From a phage, in sequence record PQ374922.1: a DNA stretch of 64,000 bases; one strand, written 5' to 3'. Positions 45,531 to 54,564 of this stretch are shown here, one piece after another. Position numbers and translations under genes: made by a program. Numbering within the stretch: position 1 is the first letter of the stretch; each line of letters begins with the position of its first letter. The notes under the pieces are model-generated. The model had not been told where the DNA came from. It did no database searches and worked only from the letters and a program-made list of their open reading frames with translations.

Positions 45531-47549
45531 ATGTCAGATTTTAAGCCCTTCGCAGTAGCTGTCAACAATAACGTGCTGGCCATGTCAGCAACTGGTCTGT
45601 TCATGACCAACATCGATAAAGATGCTCTGTGGGATCTGTATCTGTCTTCTTTCCCTGCTGGCACTAACCCGCTTTATCGTGAGCGTACCGAGCACGACTG
45701 TACCTGCTGCAAACAATTCATCCGTAACATCGGCGGTGTAGTCACCATCGACTCCGATCTGAACGTGATCTCTATCTGGGATAACATTCAGCTGGGTAAC
45801 GAATACGACGTTGTCGCTGCGGCGCTGTCAGCATATGTTAAGCAGCACGCAATCGTCGACGTGTACTTCAACGACACCAAGAAAGTTGGTGTTGAATCGA
45901 ATCACGAAATGAAAGACGGTATTGTCCGCACCTACAACCACTTCCACACCGACCTGCTGGGCAGCTATGTTCTGCGGGCAGATACCATCGCTTCTAAGAA
46001 GGGTGAAATCCGCCAGGCGATTGAAGTGTTTGAGCGCGGCCTGCGTGAACTGTCTCTGGAATCGGCTGAAATCGTTCTGGAATTGATCGACCAGAATTCT
46101 CTGTATCGCGGTGAAGAGCACAAAGCGGCAGTGCAGGCGTTCGTGGTGAACAAGACCCTGTACGAACAAACTGCAGAAGAGAAACGCGCTCTGTGGGCTT
46201 GGCGCACTGGCTACCGTGCAAACGGTCATACCCCTCACGGCATTCGTAATACCGTGATTGGCTCTCTGCTGGTAGACCTCAATGAAGGCCGGGATCTGGA
46301 AACCGCCGTGAAGTCCTTTGAAGCCAAAGTCGCTCCGACGAACTACAAGCGCCCAACCGCGCTGGTCACGAAATCCATGATTGAAAACGCGCAGAAAGAA
46401 GTCGAAGCGCTGGGTCTGACTGATTCACTGGGTCGCCGTTATGCCGTGTATGACGATCTGACCATCAACAACGTTCTGTTCGCCGACCTAGCAGCTCAGA
46501 AGAAGATGGACCCGTTTGCTCAGCTGGCGTCTGAAGTGAAGACTCCGACCAAGTCCCTGGACAAGGTTGAAGAGATCACGATCGACGACTTCCTGACCAA
46601 CGTGTTGCCAAAGGCGCATTCCCTGGAAGTGCTGGTCGAAAACTCTCACATTGGCAACCTGATGTCCCTGATCGCTCCGGCCACCGCAGGCGCTCCTAAC
46701 CTGTTCAAGTGGAACAACGGCTTCAGCTGGTCGTACAATGGCGAAGTGGCCGACTCCATCAAAGAGCGCGTGAAGACCGCAGGCGGCAATGTCGACAGCT
46801 TCCTCCGTGTGTCACTGGCTTGGCATAACAACGACGACCTGGATCTGAGCCTGAACGATCCTCTTCACAACCACGTGTATTATCACAACCGTCGTTCGAC
46901 AACTGGCGCAACTCTAGACATCGACATGAACGGTATGGACGGCATTGATCCAAACCGCCGTCCGGTGGAGAACATCTTCTTCAGCGATGAACGCAAGCTG
47001 CGTGATGGTCTGTACGAGTTCTATGTCACTAACTTCAGCCAGCGTGAAACCTGTGATATGGGCTTCGAAATCGAAGTTGAATACAAAGGCCAGACCAAGC
47101 GTTTTTCGCATCCTGGCCTGAAGCACAAAGATCGCACTCTGGCTGTTGTGATTGATGTCCGCGCTGGACAAGTGGTAGACATCCGTTCTACCCTGAAAGA
47201 CGACGCTCGCTCTCAGGAAATCTGGGGCATCAAGACCTCCGTCTTCCAGAAGGTACAGCTGGTTCTGAACTCACCAAACCATTGGGACGGCGAGCAGACT
47301 GGCAACAAGCACGTGTTCTTCATCCTGGAAGGTTGTGCTAACCCTGTCGGCACCCGTGGTTTCTATAACGAATATCTGAAGCCGGAACTTGATAAACACC
47401 GCAAGGTTTTTGAAATGTTAGGTGGTAAGATTAAAGTACAGCCAAGCACTGAGCAGCTGTCCGGTCTGGGCTTCTCTACCACCCAACGCAACCACGTGTT
47501 CGTGAAGGTGAGCGGTTCGTTCAACCGCACTGTGAAAGTTGTGTTCTAA
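45531..47549 (+). CDS. Large hypothetical protein (672 aa); weak ADP-ribosyltransferase-like signature in the C-terminal half
   Basis: RBS aggaag; R...STT...EIE spacing loosely reminiscent of R-S-E ADP-ribosyltransferases; not confirmed. Confidence 0.5.
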   Translation: MSDFKPFAVAVNNNVLAMSATGLFMTNIDKDALWDLYLSSFPAGTNPLYRERTEHDCTCCKQFIRNIGGVVTIDSDLNVISIWDNIQLGNEYDVVAAALSAYVKQHAIVDVYFNDTKKVGVESNHEMKDGIVRTYNHFHTDLLGSYVLRADTIASKKGEIRQAIEVFERGLRELSLESAEIVLELIDQNSLYRGEEHKAAVQAFVVNKTLYEQTAEEKRALWAWRTGYRANGHTPHGIRNTVIGSLLVDLNEGRDLETAVKSFEAKVAPTNYKRPTALVTKSMIENAQKEVEALGLTDSLGRRYAVYDDLTINNVLFADLAAQKKMDPFAQLASEVKTPTKSLDKVEEITIDDFLTNVLPKAHSLEVLVENSHIGNLMSLIAPATAGAPNLFKWNNGFSWSYNGEVADSIKERVKTAGGNVDSFLRVSLAWHNNDDLDLSLNDPLHNHVYYHNRRSTTGATLDIDMNGMDGIDPNRRPVENIFFSDERKLRDGLYEFYVTNFSQRETCDMGFEIEVEYKGQTKRFSHPGLKHKDRTLAVVIDVRAGQVVDIRSTLKDDARSQEIWGIKTSVFQKVQLVLNSPNHWDGEQTGNKHVFFILEGCANPVGTRGFYNEYLKPELDKHRKVFEMLGGKIKVQPSTEQLSGLGFSTTQRNHVFVKVSGSFNRTVKVVF

Positions 47550-47593
47550 ACCTGATTTGAAATTGTAACCCATTCATCATTGAGGATAGTAAA

Positions 47594-47965
47594 ATGTTTG
47601 ATAAAGCAACCCGTATGAAACTGCGCTTCGAGTCTAACAAAGGTCTGCTGTCTGTTGAGCAGGTCTGGGACCTGAGCCTGACTGCCCTGAACGAAATGGC
47701 GAAAGGTCTGAGCCGTCAGGTGAAAGCAGCAGAAACCGATGAAGAAGATTTCATTGGTACCAAAAGCAACGTTGACTCCGAACTGCAGCTGCGCTTCGAC
47801 GTTGTCAAGCACATCATCGGCGTTAAGCTGAAAGAACGTGACGACAGCAGAGAAGCGGCAGAGCGTAAGGCGAACAACCAGGTTATCCTGGAGCTGATCC
47901 AGCGTAAGAAACAGCAAGAGCTGGAAAGCAAATCTGTTGAAGAACTGGAAGCGCTGCTGAAATAA
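47594..47965 (+). CDS. Hypothetical protein (123 aa)
   Basis: RBS gaggata; charged helical-looking protein. Confidence 0.5.
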   Translation: MFDKATRMKLRFESNKGLLSVEQVWDLSLTALNEMAKGLSRQVKAAETDEEDFIGTKSNVDSELQLRFDVVKHIIGVKLKERDDSREAAERKANNQVILELIQRKKQQELESKSVEELEALLK

Positions 47966-47985
47966 CCCTGTTGGCCTCGGCCTGA

Positions 47986-48014
47986 GCAACCCCGCCATGT
48001 GCGGGGTTTCTTTT
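47986..48014 (+). terminator. Rho-independent terminator (aaccccgccatgtgcggggtttctttt)
   Basis: GC stem plus T-tract after stop at 47965. Confidence 0.65.
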
Positions 48015-48025
48015 GGACAAAGAAT

Positions 48026-48436
48026 ATGAAACTTGTCATCTGTGATTACTGCGGCCTCCTAGCCGAATTCGTCGGTGGTGATGTTCTCTACCCTCATCGC
48101 CCTGACCTCCGCAATCTGAAGTTCTGGGTTTGTACCCCATGTGATGCCCGTGTCGGTTGCCATGCCCATGGCGACGGCAGACAACCTCTGGGAAGGATGG
48201 CGAATGCCGCTCTCCGTGCCGAGAAGCAAAAAGCCCATAGATCGTTTGACCCATTATGGAAAGGCGGAGAGAGGAGCAGGAGCGACGCTTACAGTTGGCT
48301 GGCGCATAAGCTGGGGATAAAGAAGCGTGAGTGTCATATTGGCTTGTTCGATATCGACATGTGCCGTAAAGTAGTTGTTGTCTGTCAACAATACGAGGCA
48401 CATATCAATGTCAAAGGAAATACAAGAAGCGTTTGA
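48026..48436 (+). CDS. Zinc-ribbon hypothetical protein (136 aa)
   Basis: CDYC...CTPC cysteine pairs; ORF track begins upstream at 47999. Confidence 0.5.
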   Translation: MKLVICDYCGLLAEFVGGDVLYPHRPDLRNLKFWVCTPCDARVGCHAHGDGRQPLGRMANAALRAEKQKAHRSFDPLWKGGERSRSDAYSWLAHKLGIKKRECHIGLFDIDMCRKVVVVCQQYEAHINVKGNTRSV

Positions 48437-48713
48437 GAATCTAACTCAGGCGCTCACCAACTGCAACCGTCTCAACTATTGCAACGACCCATTGCAAAAG
48501 CTGAAGTCCCTGGTAGAATCAGAACTGGCTAAACTGGCCGAATACAACGCCATCCAAGAAGACGTGGCGTTCATGTCGGACACGGTCGTAGACACCCTTC
48601 CGCGCGAAGTGTACAATGTCTTGGACCGCATCGCAAAGGTGGGTTTCCGTGAACCACAAGACGCCAAACCCACCCCCGAAATTCTTACATCCATCGTTGA
48701 CTCGTTTAAGTGA
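48408..48713 (+). CDS. Hypothetical protein (101 aa)
   Basis: Internal ATG with RBS gagg, overlapping the end of the previous gene. Confidence 0.4.
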   Translation: MSKEIQEAFENLTQALTNCNRLNYCNDPLQKLKSLVESELAKLAEYNAIQEDVAFMSDTVVDTLPREVYNVLDRIAKVGFREPQDAKPTPEILTSIVDSFK

Positions 48714-48720
48714 GACCACC

Positions 48721-48954
48721 ATGTCTAAAGAGATTATCTTTACCGGGGCGGCGCTTGACACCATGTATGCCCTGTACAATCGTGGTCCACTGAGCATTGG
48801 CGATATCCCGTCTAAGTCAGGTCTGGACTTCCTGTTGCGACATAAGCTGGTTGTGGCTGTGGTAGTCAGGGGTGAAACGCAATACGCCGGGTCGATGGCC
48901 ATGGCTTCCCACTACAAACGTCAGACATGGAAGGGCGCTTCCTCCAAATCCTGA
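48721..48954 (+). CDS. Hypothetical protein (77 aa)
   Basis: ATG 8 nt after the previous stop. Confidence 0.4.
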   Translation: MSKEIIFTGAALDTMYALYNRGPLSIGDIPSKSGLDFLLRHKLVVAVVVRGETQYAGSMAMASHYKRQTWKGASSKS

Positions 48955-49025
48955 GTTTGTCAAAACCTTTTCAATATCAATAACGTCCAGCGTAAATGCT
49001 GGGCGTTTCAATTTGTGCATCACAG

Positions 49026-49031
49026 TATAAT
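49026..49031 (+). promoter_or_regulatory. Sigma70-like -10 hexamer TATAAT upstream of the Prs-like/Nampt-like pair
   Basis: Perfect TATAAT about 30 nt upstream of ATG 49063; upstream region also holds overlapping TTCAATA-like boxes. Confidence 0.4.
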
Positions 49032-49062
49032 ACGGCTGTACAATACACCATGAGGCTACATT

Positions 49063-49917
49063 ATGTTTCGTTTGAAATTGAACGACCAAGATGTGTTCTA
49101 CAAACACTTCACCTTCCCAGGTGGTGAGGAACATATCAAGATTCAAAAGTCTGGTATCCCTATCGGCCACGTTCAGAACGTGGCGATTGATGCTCACATC
49201 AAATCATCGGCTGACTTCATTGAGCTGGCGCTTCTGGTAAACGCCGTTCGTGGTCTGGGTAACGTGGACCGTCTGACGACATTCCATGCGTATATCCCTT
49301 ACTTCCCGTATGCTCGCCAGGACCGCCATTGTGACTTCGGTGAGCCTCTGTCTGTGAAGTGGGCGGCTGAGTTCATCAATAGCATGAACTTTGACCGCGT
49401 GGCGATCAAAGATCCTCACAGCCATGTTGTGTCTTCTCTGATCAACAACGTCCATGTTGTCCCGCAAGATTACATCGTGCGTCAGTATCTGGGCTGGTTC
49501 ATCCGTGGGAACAACGCTGTGTTGGTAGCCCCTGACGGCGGCGCGGCTAAGAAGACCGAAGCCCTCAGTCTGTCGTTGGACGGTGTTCCTGTTGTCTACG
49601 GTCACAAGAACCGTGACACCAAGACTGGTGAGATCATTGGGGTGAGTATTACGAACCCTGAACTGATCAAAGACCGCTATCTGGTGGTGGTCGATGATAT
49701 CTGCGACGGTGGGCGCACGTTCGTTGAGTTAGGCAAAGAGCTTCAGAAGCACAAGCCTAAGCACATGACGCTCTTCGTTACCCATGGCATCTTCAGCAAA
49801 GGTCTCTCTGTTTTCGACGGGATCTATGATGCTGTGTATGCCGACACTGTCTGGTGGGAGAACATCACCGCCGACGGGCTTCCTTTCAAAACTGAAAATA
49901 CAGGACGTGTAAAATGA
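49063..49917 (+). CDS. Ribose-phosphate pyrophosphokinase-family protein (Prs-like; candidate ADP-ribose pyrophosphate synthetase of NARP1)
   Basis: 284 aa; phosphoribosyl-binding loop LVVVDDICDGGRT (diverges from canonical DTGGT); RBS gagg. Confidence 0.8.
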   Translation: MFRLKLNDQDVFYKHFTFPGGEEHIKIQKSGIPIGHVQNVAIDAHIKSSADFIELALLVNAVRGLGNVDRLTTFHAYIPYFPYARQDRHCDFGEPLSVKWAAEFINSMNFDRVAIKDPHSHVVSSLINNVHVVPQDYIVRQYLGWFIRGNNAVLVAPDGGAAKKTEALSLSLDGVPVVYGHKNRDTKTGEIIGVSITNPELIKDRYLVVVDDICDGGRTFVELGKELQKHKPKHMTLFVTHGIFSKGLSVFDGIYDAVYADTVWWENITADGLPFKTENTGRVK

Positions 49918-51578
49918 GCATGCGCCACTTAGACCCAATCCATGCGATCGACTTCTACAAATCGGGGCACATCTATCAGTTCCCTGAAGGCAGTGAGCTG
50001 GTGTTCTCCAACGGAACTCCGCGCTCTAACAAACTGTTCAACTCTCACCTGCCGAAGAACGGCGTGGTGGTCTGGGGCATCCAGGGCTTCATGACCTGGT
50101 TCCACGAACTGTTTGACGAAGCATTCTTCCAGCGCCCGAAGGCCAAGGTGCTGAAGAAGTATGCCCGTCGCATGAACAAAGTCCTGGGTCCAGGCCGCGT
50201 CGGCACAGAGCATATTGAAGCCCTGCATGACCTCGGCTACCTGCCTATCGAAGTCCGTGCGCTGCCTGAAGGCACCATGTGTCCGTATGGCGTTCCGGTG
50301 TATGTGATGTTCAATACCCTGCCGGAGTTCTACTGGCTGACCAACTATCTGGAGACTGTGTTCAGCTCTGAGATCTGGAAGCCGATGACGAACGCCACCA
50401 TAGCTCTGCATTACAAGGCACTGATGGTGAAAGCTGCCCTCGCTACGGGAGTATCACCAGACCATTGGTTCATCGACTACCAAGGTCACGACTTCTCCTT
50501 CCGTGGTATGAGCGGGTGGCATGACGCCGCGTCTTCCGGTTCCGGTCATCTGGTGTTCTTCAAAGGCACCGACACCAACCCTGCCCTGGACTTCGTAGAA
50601 GAGTATTATGGCGCAGACATCGACGAAGACTATGTCGTTGCTGGGTCGGTTGCCGCAACGGAACATGCGGTGATGTGTATGGGCACGAAGGATGGTGAAT
50701 TCGAAACCTTCCGCCGCCTGGTGCAGGACGTGTATCCTGATGGCATCGTCAGCATCGTGTCTGATGCGTGGGATTACTGGCAGGTCATCGACGACTATCT
50801 GCCTCGCCTGAAAGACATTATCATGGCGCGCAATGGTAAAGTCGTGATCCGCCCCGACTCGGGCGACCCTGTACACATCGTCGGCGGCTACCGCATCGAG
50901 GGGTTCAAAGACCGCGCTACGCTGAACATCAGCGGCGTGTCTAGCAGCACCGAAGTTATCCACATCGAAGAGACGAACACCTATCACCTGATCACAGGCG
51001 AAGGCACGATCAACTCTCTGATGGCAGATGACCGTAATATCATCAGCCGTTCAGAAGCGGTCGGCTCTATCCAGCGCCTGTGGGAGATCTTTGGTGGCAC
51101 CCAGACTGAAACTGGGCACTTCCTGTTGGATGAGCACATCGGCCTGATCTACGGTGATTCTATCACCCTGGCGCGTGAAGACCAGATCTTTAGCCGTCTG
51201 GCTGACCGGAACTTCGCTTCCATCAACGTGGTGTTCGGTATCGGTTCCTACACCTACCAGATGAACACCCGTGACAGTACTGGCACAGCAGTGAAAGCCA
51301 CGGCTGGTAAAGTGAACGGTGAATTCCGTGAGATCTTCAAAGAGCCGAAGACCGATAAAGGCGGGACTAAAAAGTCTGCGCGTGGTTTCCTTAAAGTCAT
51401 TAAAGACCCTCAGGGTAAACTAGTGTTGGTTGACGGTATCACTTTTGATCAGGTGCAAGACGCCGACAACCAGCACCAGCTGGTGTATCGTGATGGCGAG
51501 TTCTTCAATACTCAAACACTGGAAGATGCGCGTGTTCGTGCTGCTCCTCTGGTGACGGAACTGGCATCACAAATCTGA
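49914..51578 (+). CDS. Nicotinamide phosphoribosyltransferase-family protein (Nampt/NadV-like; candidate nicotinamide ADP-ribose transferase of NARP1)
   Basis: 554 aa; DFYKSGH and RPDSGDP hallmarks of the Nampt family; start overlaps upstream stop (ATGA). Confidence 0.85.
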   Translation: MSMRHLDPIHAIDFYKSGHIYQFPEGSELVFSNGTPRSNKLFNSHLPKNGVVVWGIQGFMTWFHELFDEAFFQRPKAKVLKKYARRMNKVLGPGRVGTEHIEALHDLGYLPIEVRALPEGTMCPYGVPVYVMFNTLPEFYWLTNYLETVFSSEIWKPMTNATIALHYKALMVKAALATGVSPDHWFIDYQGHDFSFRGMSGWHDAASSGSGHLVFFKGTDTNPALDFVEEYYGADIDEDYVVAGSVAATEHAVMCMGTKDGEFETFRRLVQDVYPDGIVSIVSDAWDYWQVIDDYLPRLKDIIMARNGKVVIRPDSGDPVHIVGGYRIEGFKDRATLNISGVSSSTEVIHIEETNTYHLITGEGTINSLMADDRNIISRSEAVGSIQRLWEIFGGTQTETGHFLLDEHIGLIYGDSITLAREDQIFSRLADRNFASINVVFGIGSYTYQMNTRDSTGTAVKATAGKVNGEFREIFKEPKTDKGGTKKSARGFLKVIKDPQGKLVLVDGITFDQVQDADNQHQLVYRDGEFFNTQTLEDARVRAAPLVTELASQI

Positions 51579-51585
51579 TAACCGA

Positions 51586-51610
51586 AGGGGAGGCAACTCC
51601 CCTGTTTTGA
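51586..51610 (+). terminator. Rho-independent terminator (aggggaggcaactcccctgtttt)
   Basis: GC stem plus T-tract after stop at 51578. Confidence 0.65.
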
Positions 51611-51680
51611 GGGAAACCTGATGTCTGTGAAGACCGTTATTAAATCCCAACAGGGCTTCGTCTCTGTTAAGTGAGATCAA

Positions 51681-51896
51681 ATGATACTGAAAGAATGTTT
51701 TACCGACCTGAAGGCGACGTCTGAAAGTATTCCGGCTTGCATTCAGAACTATGCTCCAAAGGATGTGCTCTTGGCTCAGCTGGAGCAGTCTCGTGAATTT
51801 ATCAACAATATGCTGGACTCTGTAAAGACGCGCATCGAAGCCGCTGATGAGTCTGAACTTAACCCTTACGCACAAGGCGAAGAAAACAATGATTGA
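51681..51896 (+). CDS. Small hypothetical protein (71 aa)
   Basis: Weak RBS; overlaps the start of the vWA gene by 8 nt. Confidence 0.35.
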   Translation: MILKECFTDLKATSESIPACIQNYAPKDVLLAQLEQSREFINNMLDSVKTRIEAADESELNPYAQGEENND

Positions 51897-54090
51897 ATCA
51901 TTAGAATTTAAGAATGCGGTTGCGACTGCTGCCCCGTCCAACCATGTAATCGTTGTAGACATTTCCGGCTCTATGTACCGTGCGCTCCCTGAAGTCCGCA
52001 AGCACCTGAAGGAGAACCTGCCATCCCTGGTGAAACCGGAAGACACTGTGAGTGTTCTATACTTCTCATCCAAAGGCGACTTTGGTACTGTGTTCGCTGG
52101 CCGTCAGATCAATGCAGCATCCGACCTGAGCGAAATCAACAATCTGATTGACCGCTTCCTGAAACCGTCTGGTTGCACTGGCTTTGTTGAGCCGTTGAAA
52201 CTGGCGATGGACACTGCTCGTGGCCTGAAGAAGCCTGGCTATGTCAACAACCTGGCGTTCATGACTGACGGGTATGACAACTGCTGGCGTACCAACGAAA
52301 TTCTACTGGTTGCTGAGACCCTGCCATTTGCTTTCGATAACATTACATTTATTGAATATGGCTGGTACTGTAACCGCGAACTGCTGGCGCAGATGGCCGA
52401 ACGCTCTGGTGCTACTCACGTGTTTGCCGAAGGTCAGACCGAATACCAGACCGAACTGGAAAACGTGCTGAAGTCATCAGTGCCGAAGGTGAAAGTTGAT
52501 GTCCCAGTCATCTACACCCATGCCATCTACGTCGAAAACGGTGTGGCAACAGTACTGGCGGTGCAGGACGATGACTCTCACCCGGTCGGCTATGTGAGCA
52601 TCCCTGAGAGCATCACCAAGCTGTGGGTTGTAAACCCTAACATGATCGACCAGCTTGATGCGCTGGCGGATATCCAGGCGGCATACGTGCTGGCGTTCTA
52701 CGGCGTACACATCATGGACGCGGACCTGGTGTGGGCTGCACTGAAGAAAACGGGTGACGTTCGCTTCATCAAACAGTACAGCAACTGCTTCACCAAGCAG
52801 GACTACTCCAACATCAAGAACGATCTGGTTCAGGCGATTGTTGACGACCAGCTGCGCGGCGTTGACGGTATTGACTATGACCTGGTTCCGGCTGAAGATG
52901 CGACCACCGTCGTTGATGTGCTGACGTACCTGGCTGAAGCTGGTGTGCCTGTTGCTACCAAGCATCCGATGTTCTCCTATAAGAGCATCGGGCGCGGTAC
53001 TGTGCAGAAAACCGACGACACCGAAGACAAGCTGGCAGAACAGATCGCGAATGCTCAGTCCAAAGAAGAGCGTAAAGCCCTGGCTCTCAAGCTGGCAGAA
53101 CACGAAGAGTGGAACCCGACGTTCGAACCTACCAACGACCTGGGTGTTGTGCCAATCAGCGATTTGGTCTATAACTCCGAGCGCCCGAACATCAGTGTGC
53201 GTACAATTCAACACGGTACTGTGGCTGTGCCTGAATTCGCACAGAAGAAGTTTGGCCTGCCTGAAGAACTGGACACTTTCCAGTGGCGCAACTACACCAT
53301 CGTCAAAGACGGCATCATCAACGTGAAGACTCTGCCGTTCAAGGCTGATATCGAAGTTGTACAGAAGCTGATCGAAATGGGCGTCCACGTGTTTGGTGGT
53401 CCGGAAGTGTTCATCCTGAACCTGGAAAGCGTACCACTGGTCAACCGCGCCATGGTCAAGAACATCAGTGCTGCTCAGTTCTTTGCGGATAATGTCCGTT
53501 TGGAAGCCCTGAAAGGCAAGCAGAAGGTGCTGAAGTTCTATCGAGACGCCCTGGTTGGTAAGGGTAACGCCAAAGGCCTGGCAGTACAGTACGGTGCTGA
53601 GGCGGCCGAGTTCCTGTCCTCCTACGGTATCCGCGATTACGGCTTCTCACCGAAGACTGAGACCAAAGAGTCTACCGACTTCTACATGAGCCGTGAGCTG
53701 AACGTTAAGATCGCCGGGGCGTCTTCACTACCGAGCATCGCGGCAGTACAGAAGAAGATCGCAGAGAATAAGAAACTCAATGCTGGTGACTTGTTTATCG
53801 CCAATGCTCTGAAAGAGTACGAAGCATTCGTGAAGTCTCCTATGATCACTGCCGTGCCTGAAGCCTTACAGAAACAGCTGATCGAAAACTGGATCGACGC
53901 TGCTGCCAAGGCGGCCATCACCGAAGTCCGTGCCCTGAACAAGACACTGTCTAAAGTGGTGTATGGTATCGTTGCTGGCCACGGCTGGTTCACCGACCTC
54001 GACCTGGAAGAGTCCACCATGGAAGTTGAAGTGGATGGCGTGAAGTACAAGGTCACTGCCGAACTGACAGAGAAAGAAATCAAAATCTAA
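51889..54090 (+). CDS. von Willebrand factor type A (vWA) domain protein (733 aa)
   Basis: N-terminal MIDAS-like VIVVDISGSMY (DxSxS); long C-terminal region unrecognised; start chosen at second in-frame ATG. Confidence 0.6.
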   Translation: MIESLEFKNAVATAAPSNHVIVVDISGSMYRALPEVRKHLKENLPSLVKPEDTVSVLYFSSKGDFGTVFAGRQINAASDLSEINNLIDRFLKPSGCTGFVEPLKLAMDTARGLKKPGYVNNLAFMTDGYDNCWRTNEILLVAETLPFAFDNITFIEYGWYCNRELLAQMAERSGATHVFAEGQTEYQTELENVLKSSVPKVKVDVPVIYTHAIYVENGVATVLAVQDDDSHPVGYVSIPESITKLWVVNPNMIDQLDALADIQAAYVLAFYGVHIMDADLVWAALKKTGDVRFIKQYSNCFTKQDYSNIKNDLVQAIVDDQLRGVDGIDYDLVPAEDATTVVDVLTYLAEAGVPVATKHPMFSYKSIGRGTVQKTDDTEDKLAEQIANAQSKEERKALALKLAEHEEWNPTFEPTNDLGVVPISDLVYNSERPNISVRTIQHGTVAVPEFAQKKFGLPEELDTFQWRNYTIVKDGIINVKTLPFKADIEVVQKLIEMGVHVFGGPEVFILNLESVPLVNRAMVKNISAAQFFADNVRLEALKGKQKVLKFYRDALVGKGNAKGLAVQYGAEAAEFLSSYGIRDYGFSPKTETKESTDFYMSRELNVKIAGASSLPSIAAVQKKIAENKKLNAGDLFIANALKEYEAFVKSPMITAVPEALQKQLIENWIDAAAKAAITEVRALNKTLSKVVYGIVAGHGWFTDLDLEESTMEVEVDGVKYKVTAELTEKEIKI

Positions 54091-54096
54091 TCCAAC

Positions 54097-54121
54097 GGGC
54101 GGGGCAACCCGCCTTTCTTTG
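54097..54121 (+). terminator. Terminator-like hairpin (ggcggg-gcaa-cccgcc + T-tract)
   Basis: After stop at 54090. Confidence 0.6.
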
Positions 54122-54132
54122 GGAGAAGTAGC

Positions 54133-54456
54133 ATGAGCAGTAAACCAACATATGTTGAAGTCATGCGTCATCTGGCTCAGTACGCCACTGACAATCTGAA
54201 TATGGATCTGTGGCGTGACGATGACAAGCGCAAATTGCTGGACGACGTGGCATCTCAGAACGAGGACGCCCTGGACAAGCTGGCTGGCCTCCGTACCAAG
54301 AAAGACCTCGGCGGTGATGAACTGGATGCCATCGAAATTGTAATGGAACTAGAAGAAGAGTTCAACGTCGAAATCGACGACGGTTGGCTGGGTAGTAAAG
54401 GTGATGACCCGACCATGGGTGAACTCGCTGAACTCGTGGTTGCCCTGCGCAAATAA
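54133..54456 (+). CDS. Acyl carrier protein-like protein with Glu replacing the phosphopantetheine-attachment Ser
   Basis: KDLGGDELDAIEIVMELEEEFNVEI aligns with the E. coli ACP core [25 protein letters not shown]; residue 63 (54319-54321) is GAA/Glu where ACP has Ser. Confidence 0.65.
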   Translation: MSSKPTYVEVMRHLAQYATDNLNMDLWRDDDKRKLLDDVASQNEDALDKLAGLRTKKDLGGDELDAIEIVMELEEEFNVEIDDGWLGSKGDDPTMGELAELVVALRK

Positions 54457-54460
54457 CAGA

Positions 54461-54490
54461 AGCCCCCAACAAACGTTGGGGATTTTTACT
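54461..54490 (+). terminator. Rho-independent terminator (cccccaac-aaac-gttggggg + T-tract)
   Basis: 8-bp stem plus T-run after stop at 54456. Confidence 0.65.
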
Positions 54491-54564
54491 TTTAGGGGTT
54501 TACTTCCTCTAAGGAATGTCCTATTATTCAATAACTGGCGAACGATGGCGTTCACCAGATTGAG

